From: Zygnema circumcarinatum SAG 698-1b
Taxonomy: Eukaryota; Plantae; Zygnematophyceae
Assembly (NCBI GenBank): GCA_037447605.1
Contig: CM074813.1
Coordinates: 3,038,001-3,102,000 of the forward strand
Reading direction: 5' to 3'
DNA length: 64,000 nucleotides
Shown: positions 11,701-23,667 of the stretch, one piece after another
Layout: each line of letters opens with the position of its first letter
Position numbering within the stretch: position 1 is the first letter of the stretch
Notes under the pieces: generated by a model
Told to the model about the DNA's origin: nothing
The model's database searches: none
The model's input: only the letters and a program-made list of their open reading frames with translations
Made by a program: the position numbers and the translations under genes

Positions 11701-12044
11701 TTCCTGTCCCATAGCTACTGCTCGTCTGCACCCTCTCTCTACATCTCCCACGCCTCTCCCTCTCTTTCCCCTTCATTTCACTCCTTCCTTCTCTCTCCTG
11801 TCTCTTCGCACCCAAGTTTTCCTCCCTCTTGCCTCGTCTCTTCCTTCTCTTTGTTTTTATCTATGTTCCAAACTGTGAAGAGAACCGTAAAGTTGAGCGT
11901 TGCTTTTTCCGTGTGCGTACAAAGCTGATCTGAATCATTCATCCACTGCAGGGCGATGTGTACGGAGTTGAGCCCCAAAATCCACCCAGTTGGCAGCGCC
12001 AGGTGTTGGATGCTGATTGGGCGGGTGGTGAAGTGGAGGAATCG
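8787..12044 (+). CDS. AHASS: Acetolactate synthase (AHAS) small regulatory subunit, plastid-targeted, partial
   Basis: Transit-peptide-like exon 8787-~9052 is followed by exons VEDLTKEARVERELMLLKLHA (~10154-10237), [57 protein letters not shown]... and GDVYGVEP...VLDADW (11952-12044). The first ACT-domain exons (probably in the gap at 10026) and the 3' half (gap at 12215) are missing. Confidence 0.88.
10860..11200. repeat. Degenerate (CACATCATCCCC)-type repeat with a ~120-bp higher-order duplication in AHAS intron
   Basis: The block catcatcccccacatcaccatccccc...ccacatcatcaccttccacaacatcccctacatcatcccc occurs twice (~10935 and ~11060). Confidence 0.8.
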
Positions 12045-12343
12045 GTGAGTCAGCATCTCCTCTCTCCATGCAATTACATGTAGCCGCCAGGACCTCCGTT
12101 TCAGTTCTAAAACTTCCGTTTTGTATTCTTCTATGCTCCGAGAAATGGAGATTAGAAAAGAAAATATTTCTCTCTTTCTCTCACACACACCCTCCCCTCC
12201 CCCAGCATATCATGNNNNNNNNNNNNNNNNNNNNNNNNNNNNNNNNNNNNNNNNNNNNNNNNNNNNNNNNNNNNNNNNNNNNNNNNNNNNNNNNNNNNNN
12301 NNNNNNNNNNNNNNTCGGTATACTTCGTTCAAGTTACGTATTG

Positions 12344-13254
12344 CTAAAGGCTGACGATTTAAATAACAAACCTAAGAGATCAAACTGCTAAATGAAGTAA
12401 CAACGATACCTTGCTTGTTTATTTTTTTGCAGGAGGGAGGCACTGTGGGCCATGCTCGATCCTCTCTTGCAGGGAGAGGGAGCGGCTCCTATTGGAGAAC
12501 AAGATTCAGCTGCCGGAATTCTGGAATACAAGGTGGAATTTTTCAGTGGACTGCAGAGAGAGGTGGACATGGCGAAGGAGGAGGCAGCAAGGCCTCTTCT
12601 CAGGAGGGCTGCCACAAAGAAGGGAGCTGGAGCAGACCTTCCTTTGTTCAGGTGTGTGAGAGAGAGAGAGGGAGAGAGTAGAGAGAGAGGAAGGGAGGGA
12701 GGGAGGGAGGGAGGAAGGGAGGGGAGAAGCGGCAGGTTAGAGAGAGAGAGAGGACTTTTTTTGGGGGGAGGGGGGGAGAGGGAGAGGGAGAGAGCAGGGG
12801 TAGAGAGAGGAGGTCATTTGGCACTTCCTTTTTTTTGAAGCTGGAAAGACATGTTGGAGTAATCATGGGGTACAAATGTGGAATTTGCAGAGCCCCCGTG
12901 GCAGTGAGACGAGAGCTGCATTCCCCCCTCTCCGAGCGGTCCTGCGTACATGTGGAACTGGATATTTCTGGTTCCGGAATTACGTACATGATCTCTCTCT
13001 CTCACTTTTTCTTTCTCACTCTTCTCCAAAGTCTCTTTCCCCTTCTACTTCTCCAGTGGCACTGTCTCCAGCATGTTGAACCACTCAACTCCCTCCATCC
13101 TCCTCTCTGCTGTCTGTGCCGCTTTTTAGGCCTTGCAGGGTTTCCAATGCTACCTGCGATTTGTAGTTCTCCTTAGCTTTATTACATGTGTTTTCAACGA
13201 AATATTTCTCCCTCTCGCTCACTCTCCTCTCTCCCGCTCCTCCTTTCTCCCTCC
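12344..13254 (+). repeat. Exact duplicate of 13655-14565 (two CPR exons plus introns), probable assembly artefact
   Basis: Identical sequence at offset 1311. The copy lies between two N-gaps and its exons are out of order relative to exon 13292-13361. Confidence 0.9.
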
Positions 13255-13291
13255 CTCCCTCCCTCCCTCCNNNNNNNNNNGTGATGCGCAG

Positions 13292-16200
13292 GTGGGAAGA
13301 GGATTGTGGAAGTTGGACTTGGAGATGATGATAAGTGCATAGAAGATGATTTTCTTCAATGGTACGTTCTGTTTCCCATCAAGCTTTTGGTTTATCTTTC
13401 TCGCTCTTCACATTGACGTTTCCTCTCTCCAATCTTGTCACCTTTTTGTATCGAGTCAACAAAGATATCTTCTTGAGTGGAATATGGGAAAACTCTGAGA
13501 ACAGTCAACCGCAATAATTCTAAGGACCCTAAACTTCAAACAGCCCAAAAAATATTAGAACTCTATCATTCTCAAATCTCTGAGAGTTCAAATCGCAAAA
13601 GCCATTGACTTTGAAAATTTCAATATCCCAGCTACGTTGGAAGCCTTGGAAAACCTAAAGGCTGACGATTTAAATAACAAACCTAAGAGATCAAACTGCT
13701 AAATGAAGTAACAACGATACCTTGCTTGTTTATTTTTTTGCAGGAGGGAGGCACTGTGGGCCATGCTCGATCCTCTCTTGCAGGGAGAGGGAGCGGCTCC
13801 TATTGGAGAACAAGATTCAGCTGCCGGAATTCTGGAATACAAGGTGGAATTTTTCAGTGGACTGCAGAGAGAGGTGGACATGGCGAAGGAGGAGGCAGCA
13901 AGGCCTCTTCTCAGGAGGGCTGCCACAAAGAAGGGAGCTGGAGCAGACCTTCCTTTGTTCAGGTGTGTGAGAGAGAGAGAGGGAGAGAGTAGAGAGAGAG
14001 GAAGGGAGGGAGGGAGGGAGGGAGGAAGGGAGGGGAGAAGCGGCAGGTTAGAGAGAGAGAGAGGACTTTTTTTGGGGGGAGGGGGGGAGAGGGAGAGGGA
14101 GAGAGCAGGGGTAGAGAGAGGAGGTCATTTGGCACTTCCTTTTTTTTGAAGCTGGAAAGACATGTTGGAGTAATCATGGGGTACAAATGTGGAATTTGCA
14201 GAGCCCCCGTGGCAGTGAGACGAGAGCTGCATTCCCCCCTCTCCGAGCGGTCCTGCGTACATGTGGAACTGGATATTTCTGGTTCCGGAATTACGTACAT
14301 GATCTCTCTCTCTCACTTTTTCTTTCTCACTCTTCTCCAAAGTCTCTTTCCCCTTCTACTTCTCCAGTGGCACTGTCTCCAGCATGTTGAACCACTCAAC
14401 TCCCTCCATCCTCCTCTCTGCTGTCTGTGCCGCTTTTTAGGCCTTGCAGGGTTTCCAATGCTACCTGCGATTTGTAGTTCTCCTTAGCTTTATTACATGT
14501 GTTTTCAACGAAATATTTCTCCCTCTCGCTCACTCTCCTCTCTCCCGCTCCTCCTTTCTCCCTCCNNNNNNNNNNCTCCCCTCCCTCCCTCACCTATTAC
14601 TTGTGCCTCACCTTGCCAGATATGAAGCCGGTGACCACGTGGCCCTCTACTCCCAAAACCTCCCTCAAGTGGTTGAAGCCGCGGCCTCTCTCCTGGGCGT
14701 CCCTCTCGACACGGTGTTCAGACTGCACCAGGATCCACCCCCGGATCAACCTGCAAATGATCAACAGTCGGCTGAGGTCCACCTTCTGCAGGAGCCGTTC
14801 CCGGGACCCTGTTCTCTGCGAACAGCACTCTCGTGCTTTGCAGATCTTTTGAATTCTCCAAAGAAGGTGGGGGGCTGAGTACGATGCCTTTACTTGTAGC
14901 GATTTAAATGGGGAAAAGTGCAAGTGGGGGGGGGGGGGGAGGGACAGAGAGGGAGAAGCGGGAGAGGAAGGCCAGCATTGACGGAATGGAGAGGAGTAGG
15001 AGAGAGGGGGAGAGAGAGAGGAAGGAGGTAGAGGGCGATAAGTAGGGATCGAGGACTGGGGACCATCGAGCGAGCGAGGGGTGGAGAGGGGGAGGGGAGG
15101 GAGGGATGAAGGGGGGAGTCGGGAGAGGTGGGAGAGAGTTTGGGAGAGGGAGAGGAGGATAGGGAGGCTGATGAGATGTAGAGAGTGAGAAAGCGAGAGG
15201 ATGAGGTGAAAGGGGACGAAAAAGTTTTTTTTGTTGAAAAAATTACCATTCTCTCGTGTACGGGAGTTATTGAATTCACTATATCAACTAACATTTTTTT
15301 TTTGCCCTTTCATTTTGGCCAGTCTGCTCTACTCGCACTTGCAGCTCATGCGACGAATCCCGAGGAAGCTGAGCGGCTCCGATTTCTTGCATCTCCAGCT
15401 GGCAAAGTAATGATTACTTGGAGGGAGAGTGAGAGAGAGCGAGTCAAAGAGACCCCATTTCTAAAATCTAGGAACTATACGAAGCTTAACCTTTTATTTT
15501 TTTCAGGTTTAAACCCGTCAGTTCTAACACGGAACTTCAAATTTTTCGTTCCTTTACCTAAATCGTTGAAGCCATAAGATCCTTCGGACGAATCCTAAAG
15601 TGTAAATCTTTAGACTAAAAAAAACTGAAACTCGAAAATTCTTATAGCGTGAAGTACGTCTAAACCATGTTATCCTTTCATCCGATGTTCTCAAACCCTG
15701 ACAACCGTACAATGTTGAGAATCATATGGTCCCTGAATAATGTAATGTAATGGTAATGTGAACTACTGACTATGTGTTTCCGTTTGGTTGCACTAAGTTT
15801 GTACCTTCCCTAGTCCTTGTTTGAAAGTCTTCTTATCATGAAGGAGGAGAGCGGGAGAGAGAGTGCAGGAGGATTACCAGCGGGAGATAGCTTCTGCTCA
15901 TCGCAGTCTATTGGAGGTTATGGCTTCCTTTCCGTCCTCTAAACCCCCTCTCGGAGTCTTCTTCGCCGCCATAGCACCTCGTCTCCAGCCACGCTTCTAC
16001 TCCATCTCCTCTTCTCCACGGTACTCCCATCTCTCCCTTCCCCCCCTCTCTCTCCCTTCTCCCCCTCTCAATCTCTCTCTCCATCTCTTCCCCTCTCTCT
16101 CTTTCCTACTTTTCTCTCTCCCCACATTCCTCCCTTCCCTTCCCTTTTCCTCTTCGGTTCCACTCTTTTCCCCTCGTTTCCTTGGACTCCCGTCGAACCC

Positions 16201-18362
16201 CCCTCTCTCTTTCCCTCTTATCTTTTTCTCCCTCCTCTCTCTATCGCTCCCTCACTCCTGCTCCCTCCATCCCTCTTTCTACAGCAAGATTCCCTCATCA
16301 AGTTAGGGAGTTTCCTTCCCTCTGCAGATCTGTTGGTGAGAGTATCCACGTGACCTGTTCGGTGGTTGAAGAGATGACACCTGGCGGCAGACTTCATCAG
16401 GGGGTCTGCTCCACATGGCTCAAAGTAAGTCCATTTTGAATGGAGTTAAGATAACACACATATATATATATGTGTGTGCATGTGTGTAGAAGTAGCTTTC
16501 AGCTCTCTTTCTTTCGTCTTTAGGTCTTTTGTGACCTTCTCCTCTCGGTTCTCAATATTTTGTGTATGTACATTTGATGGCATCGCATCGTAAGTTCAAT
16601 GCCTATTCTTTCACCTTTTTTATATATATATTATATACACTGGAAGTTCTAGAATAGTATAACATATGAGATGAATTTGATACCATTCAAATCAATTGAA
16701 CAGTTTATTTCCTCCAACCCGTCCTCTCTATCTCTTCCATGCCGATTGATGTTTGCCGGCTCTGTGTTTCCATGCGCAGCGAGCTGTTCCTTTAGCAAAT
16801 GCTGTCAACGGGTTAACGTTGACTCACGTCCCCCTTTATGTTCGGTCATCCGAATTTCGGCTTCCAAAAAATCCGAAAACACCGATCGTAATGGTTGGAC
16901 CCGGAACAGGACTTGCCCCTTTTCGGGGTTTTCTGCAGGTAAGACTTTTTGTCAGGGTGTGAGGGTGGAGGAGGGTAAGGGTCTATCGTTCTCTTTTATC
17001 TTTCTCTTTTTTTATCGTTCTCTTTTTTTTTTTTGTTCTCTCCCTTTTCCTCTCCCTCTCCCTGCCCCTCTCTCTCACCGCTGCCCTCGGCTGAACCTGC
17101 AGGAACGATCTGCTTTGAGGAGTGAAGGCCACGACTTGGGTCCTGCACTTCTCTTTTTTGGATGTCGGAACAGTCAAAAGGTGAAGCCTTGTAACCGTTT
17201 TTTCTTTTTATTTCTATTTCCTTCCAACGTTTCTGCTCCGTGTTAACCTTGTTTAGCTTTCCTCGTTTTAAATAAGCTTCGAATCCTATCCTCTCTCTCT
17301 CACTAACCCGTTCCTTCTCGGAATTTCAGGACTTCATATACAGGGAAGAGCTTGAAGAGTTTGAACGTGACGGAATAATCTCAGAATTTCGTATCGCCTT
17401 TTCTCGGGACGGGCCTGAAAAAAAATATGTGCAGCACCTTCTGCAGGCGCAGGTAACAGCCATTGAAAACCCCCAAACAACCATCATGCTCTTAATCTCA
17501 GTTTCAAATGCTCCGAAATTGTAAAACTTTAGAACCAAAAATACCCAAGAGCTCCTTATACCCAGGAAACCTTGAAGGCCCTGAACCCCGAATAACTCAT
17601 TACGCTGGAGTCTCTTAACTCTCGTCGTGCTACGCTATTCTTTTTCTTATTTTTTTGTATCTGGGCTCTGTGGGTTTGGGTATGCAGGCAAGCAGAGTAT
17701 GGAGTCTTTTGGCTGAAGGAGGGCACCTGTATGTTTGCGGAGATGCGAAAGCCATGGCTCGAGATGTGCATCGGACTCTGCACACCATTGTGAAGAATGA
17801 GGTGGGTATTTCAAACATGGAAACTGTTCGTTGTGCATCTGTTAGTATGCTGTCAGGTCGTCCATGTTGTTATGTTCTGTATCGTGTGCTACATCGTCTG
17901 TTTTTGTTCAATGTATGTGCTGCATCATTTGTCAATTGCTGTTCAAACTTTTCCTTGTTCTGGTAAGATAAAGCTCGTGGGATGTTCGTTTCGTCTGCTT
18001 TTATGTGGCGCATGGCTCCTGAAATGTGTTGTTGTGGCATGAAACATCTCACGTTGCATGTTGAACATCAAATCGCATCGTCAACATCATCGTAACGTTT
18101 TTTGAGGCGTGGTATTGCGAATGGTTGCGTGGCACTGCATGGCATCTTGTTACATTAGAATTGTTTGCTGTCCCGGTTGCCTATATGTGGAGAATGGGGT
18201 TTCCGAGGGCATCCAAAGCCACAGAGTGATCTTTAAACCTCGCTATTGCAAAGCCTAAACCCTGTGCGTGTGGGCGTGCAGGAGTGTGTGAGCACCTCGG
18301 AGGCAGAGGCCATCGTGAAGAAGCTTCAATCTGAAAAGCGCTACTTGCGGGATGTGTGGTGA
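13292..18362 (+). CDS. CPR: NADPH-cytochrome P450 reductase, 5'-truncated
   Basis: Exons give [115 protein letters not shown]...[20 protein letters not shown] and the terminal RYLRDVW-stop (18360-18362). Confidence 0.96.
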
Positions 18363-19168
18363 AGATATTCCTTTACCGAAGTGGGAGGAGGGGAGGGAGG
18401 GAGGGAATTTGGAAAGAGAGGGGGAGGGAAATGCTAGTGCTGGAAACTGAAGTAAGAGTTGTGGGATAGAATTGGATATTCTTTGGATGTCAGTCCTTTA
18501 GGAAATAATCTCTTTGGTGACCCTGCATAGTTTCCAAAGAGTCAATGGTCTCTAATAAGAGATTCACGGTTTTGCCTGCGCTGTGATTTCGAGTCGTGTA
18601 GCAGGCTACGGCGCTTAGAATAGGTCCTTTGCTGCCATGTACCTATCACCGTAAGAGTCAGTGCACATCGACGGGATCGAGATCCTGTTCCATTTCGTTC
18701 CTTTCAAGTCAGTTCTGACCGACATGTAATATTGAAAGACTTGGAAGTGTACATTCTTTGATTCGTAAAGGACTCTTTTTTGTGATGGAGATGTGTTGTA
18801 CCAGAACGTATTCCTTCTATTAGAACTCCTGTTGCAAAGCTAAAGCTACACATCGACAATGTCCTTTATTAGACAGGGCATATTTCGGACAAGTCTCTAA
18901 CGGAGAATTTTTTGATTTCTTTTTGAAGCTGGAAGAGGGGTTGAGGAAGATGACACACGTACAGCGAGAAGTTCTTCGAGAAAGTTCAATCAATTCAGAC
19001 GAAAAAAAACAATACATGGTTTTTTAAAGATATACATTTTTACAGAAAACAACTCTCATTCACACTGCGCAATGTGAAATCGAAATGCGTGCACCGCAAC
19101 AATGGGAAAAAATAAAATACGCAGAGCAATGCTTCAAAAACTACAATGTCGCTCTTAAATACGGTGTC

Positions 19169-21079
19169 TCACTCCTCCCCGGAGTCCACTTGCAAAGGGT
19201 CCACTGCAGAGTTCAACTTTGAAGCAAAAACTGCATCCGAGCAGGTCAACAATTGGGGCAGGGAGAGCCGCAGTTTGTGCCCCGCCGCCAGCTGATGTCG
19301 CAGCATGATATGTTCACGCAGGCGGTAGCCAAAAAATCTGTCAGACCCAAAAAAACGGAGTATGAATCCCTTTCAAGTCATGGCAAAATCACTTCTGCGA
19401 AAAGTGGGCTTCATGTCGCCAGCCCTCCCATATCTTGCTCTCCCCTCTCTCCCCTATCTCTCCTCTCCCCCTTCTCTTCCCACTTCACCGCCCACTCCCT
19501 CTCCCCCTCACTCCCCCCGCCTCTCACTCTCACCTCCCTTACCTCTCTCGCCCGCCTTCCCCTCCAAACTCTCCCTTCCCCCCCACCTCTCCCACCTCTC
19601 TCTCCCACCACTCTCTCCGACTTCTCCCTCCCACTCTCCTCCCACCTCCTTCGCCTTTACCTTGGAAAGGCGACAACATGCTCTGCTGACAAGCCCATCC
19701 GTCGCCGCAAATAGCGCCACTTTGGGCGAAGGTTGTACACACTGAAGGTGAGAAGACTCGGAAATTCCGTTACCATTCTTCCAAAACGAGAGGGACAAGG
19801 TTGTATGCCGACATCAGAGAAATATCGTACAGTTACTTCAAGCTGACCAGATATGCTGCATCCAAAAATTTCCGGCTCTCTCTCAAGTACAGAAGCCACA
19901 TCACGAGGAGCGATACCCACGCCTTCGATAAGGTATTGAACCTGCCCACCGGAAAATACCTCGAAGTATCTCAAACCACAAAGTTCAAAGATCAAACGTA
20001 AGGAAAAGAGACAGTAGAAACGGAAAGCAGATATCGTTAGACGGCTCACGAAACAGAAGGGAAAGAAACTCACCAGTGGGCGCCACCGAGTGTCGAGATC
20101 ATATGTAAGGAAGGGGGGAAATGCTCTTATCATCCCACCCAGAGATGATTTCTTCACTCCCACTCTCTCGAGGAAAGTAAACTGCAGCATACATATGTTT
20201 ATGAATCACACATAGATAAGTCCACGCTTCACATTTGACTCCCACAAAGGGGGGGGAGGGTGAGAGAGGGTGAGAGACCAAGAGGAGGAGAAACAAGGAG
20301 AGTGAGCATGCATGCATGAGTAAGAGTGAACAAAGGGCCTCTCACCTTGTTTTGAACGTCAGTTTCCAGATTCAAAAAGAGGAAGCCCGGGGCTTTCCCA
20401 ATGATGGCAGCTATCTCTCCCTGAGAGCAGCCCATCCTCTTCAAGCATGTGAGCAGAGGCAGCCATTGGCCCTCCACATCACAACCAAACACCTGCGGAT
20501 GCTCCGCCACAATGGCTGCAAGCGAACCCTCGGAAACCCCCAAGTGCTCTAGGAATGCCACCTGGCACAGGCATAGAAAGAGAGAGGAGACCCGATTAGG
20601 TCAGGGTGAGAGGGAGAAGAGGTGAGAGAGAGAGGGAGAAGAGGTGAGAGTGAGAGAGAGAGGGAAAGGAGAAAGGAAGATGAAAAGGGACAGTTAAAGG
20701 GCTTATCGATATCTGCAAGGGAAGTTCGGTAAAGAACGGTTGCAAAAGCATGAGAAACACAAACAGTCTCTTATGTTAGCTCTTTACCTTCTCTCGCATC
20801 TCTTTTAGGGTGAAGCGCCCGAGCACAGCTGGAAATCGCCGGATAATGGGGCCCAACTGGAAGTTGCCTTTACTTATCACCCTTTGAAGAAATAAAATTC
20901 GATCGTTTAATTCGTCCTTCGATTGCAAGAGAACCGCCGGAACTCGAGCAGCAGTTCTTTGGACATATTGGGGTGAAACTCCTGCTTGGCTTAATCTATC
21001 CAAACGGTCCTGCACTTTCGAGTTTAGACTCTTCAAGATTTGAACGTTGTTTCAAGGGCCTACGAGCTTCCAGTGCTTC

Positions 21080-21137
<58 letters not shown>

Positions 21138-22910
21138 GGTGAGAGGGAGAGGGAAATCTCTAACTTCATGTACATCTAAAGAAGCTCAACAAGCGAAATC
21201 ATCACACAACGACGAAATCAAGTCACATTGATGACGTCAGCAAGCTGTGCTGTGTAGTGGGCTCATATTTTGTTAATCGCACACACGAGCCCTCACCTGC
21301 AAATGCTGGAGGGAGTACTCCAAAATGTGACTGTTCTGTTTAACCAGCGTGGCTGCTTCATTGCCCTCCAACCCCAACTTCTTGAGCCACTCGATGTGAC
21401 CAGGAAGAGCCAACCTTTGCTTCTCCTCCAACAAAACGAATGATGCGATTTTCAGTTTTGACACTTTCGCTCGTTTTAACCACCTGCTCCGGAAGAATGG
21501 TCACTTGGTTAACTTGACTCGACTAAGAATTCAACATATTTCTTTCCCTGCGGCCCCCCTCCACCCCTCTCCCTTTCTTCCCCCCTACAAATGATCACAG
21601 TTTACAATTTCCTTCCTTAGCCTTGTCGTCATTGACTAGCTTTATGACAAGTCAGGATGCAGAAAGACCAATAATACAATATACGAATAACGTCGTAAGA
21701 AATGCATGATCCCGCCAGACGCCACATATTGACGCAAAACTGTGAGGATGTAACAAGGTATGGCTCACCAAAAATCATTAAATTGTCGTAAATATGAGGA
21801 AATGGCGTAAATAACGTGATGCAAAACAGCCTTTTTACCTCACAAGGGCGGGAATGGAGCTCTTTGCGATGACAACATCACATCGAGCCCTGAACGTTTT
21901 CTCCATGTGTTCAGAGCTCCGCTTCAACGCCACCGCCTGCTCACACAGCGAATGCATGCGCGCCTTTCAGCATTGGAATGGCAGAGATCTAACCTCCTTC
22001 GCGCAGCATTAGCCATGAATGCCCAACACAGTGTGAACACTTCTTTACAGACTGAACATGAAAGTTGCGCAATATCCCTAAAGCCTAATTCCAAAACTCT
22101 AATCATCCCTAAGCCCGAAACCCAATTGGGAGAATTAAGTGCTTAATTGAAACCAAGTTGTCAACAAAAATAAAAAAGAGTTCTCTCTCCAACTGTCGTT
22201 TTTTGCTACGATTCTGCCTTTCACCCTTTCTAAAACCACGTCTACATCTCTTGAACCCTAAACCCTAACGCATCACTCACCTCCACCACAATGATGTCGA
22301 CATACTCCGACATACCCTCCGCGACATCCGCTACATACACAGGCCCCAACCCCACCGCCCGCAGCGCCTTCACGAGCGCCGCCTTCGCCGCCTCTCGCTT
22401 GCTCCATACAGCAGTTGCCACATGCCCCCTTGCCACGTGCCCCCCTGCCACATGTCCCCCTGCCACGTGGCAGCCATTCTGCCCCTGCCCTTCCTCCCCT
22501 TCCTCCCCCTCTGCCCCTTCGCTCGGCCCCTGAACCCTGAACCTCTCCTGGACCTCCCGTTCCGTGCGCCCCCATGGATCCGTCCAGCTTCCGTTTGCTA
22601 CGATCCCCTCAACAGGGATCACCTGCCGTACAGTTCTCCTCCACACGCCGCCATGGCCGTAAAACCTCCCACCGGTACTCCCTTCCTTGAACCCTTCGAC
22701 TGGTTCCTCCTTAAACCCTAAACGCACCCCCCTCCCAGAAAACCCAAATTCTGAACTCTCGTCTTCCCGCTCCTCGTCTCCCCTGCTCCAAGATGACTTG
22801 GCGGTGCGCCACGTGTCACAGTTGCCAAGTGGTGTCGCCACGTGGCAGAAGGGGAGGGCAGGGATGCTCCGTACCGTTGGCCATGTTGGCCGCCATGGCC
22901 ATGGCCGCAT
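19169..22910 (-). CDS. MTERF2: Plastid mTERF family protein, mTERF2/EMB2219-like, 7 exons
   Basis: mTERF helical repeats (VAFLEHLGVSEGSLAAIVAEHPQVFGCDVE; YLIEGVGIAPRDVASVLEREPEIFGCSI). The C-terminus GRMVTEFPSLLTFSVYNLRPKWRYLRRRM...AFPRFFGYRLREHIMLRH resembles Arabidopsis mTERF2 as recalled. Last exon ends ...VDSGEE-stop at 19169. Confidence 0.85.
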
Positions 22911-23667
22911 GGCGGAGGAGCCAGCCCTTCACATGAGCGCCTCGTCCCGTTGGCTGTAAACAAATTTTGAACTGGAAACGTTGCATCAAATTTCACAGTC
23001 ACGTGGTGGGCCCGTTTGGCTTAGCCGTTGCCCATTCATATGCGTCCATCGCACATGTAATCGACGGACAGCGCTCAGCGCATTGCACCGTTCATCGGAC
23101 GGTCATGGGCCATTCCAATGTGATCGAGTCCGCAAATCGACGGTCACGAGCCCTCCATAACATTCAGCCGTCGATCAATTTACAATCGACGGCCACTTCC
23201 GTCACAGAGCCTACAGCCGCCGATCTATTGAAAATCGACGGTCGCCAGCCCAAGCCCGCGGGATCGTCCATGTTCCACGCTCTCCTGTCCAGTCGGACTG
23301 ACGGTTGCCGCCTCGCCACGCCACGCTCGCGCCATGCATGGAAAGGGTGGGTGAGGTTGAACAGTATATCGGCGTACCTCATAATATCGTTTTGTGAGAT
23401 ACGGCAAAAAACTTTTATCGGAAAGGGGCGATATGCACCGGCAGGGTTTTGCGCTTTAGGGCTCGCTTTAGGGCGTCAGTGAGGAGTGGACGAGAGGGGT
23501 GGGAGAGGTGGGAGAGAGAGAAAGGGGGGGGGGGGGAAGGGGAGAGAGAGAGTGGAGAGAGAGGAGAGAGAGAACGAAGGGGGGAGAGAAGAGAGTGAGA
23601 GAGAGAGAGAAGAGATAGAACGAGGGAAGAAGGGAGGTTGGGCGAGAGAGAGTGAGAGAGAGGGGCA
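22911..23667. promoter_or_regulatory. Divergent promoter region between mTERF2 and RAE1
   Basis: Head-to-head genes 757 bp apart. The region is CpG-rich with repeated AATCGACGG motifs and a GA-rich leader before the RAE1 ATG. Confidence 0.6.

Noticed and set aside
8787-18362. Apparent AHAS-small-subunit/CPR fusion on the same strand
   Set aside because: The two halves are separated by a 100-N scaffold gap and both lack their adjoining ends.
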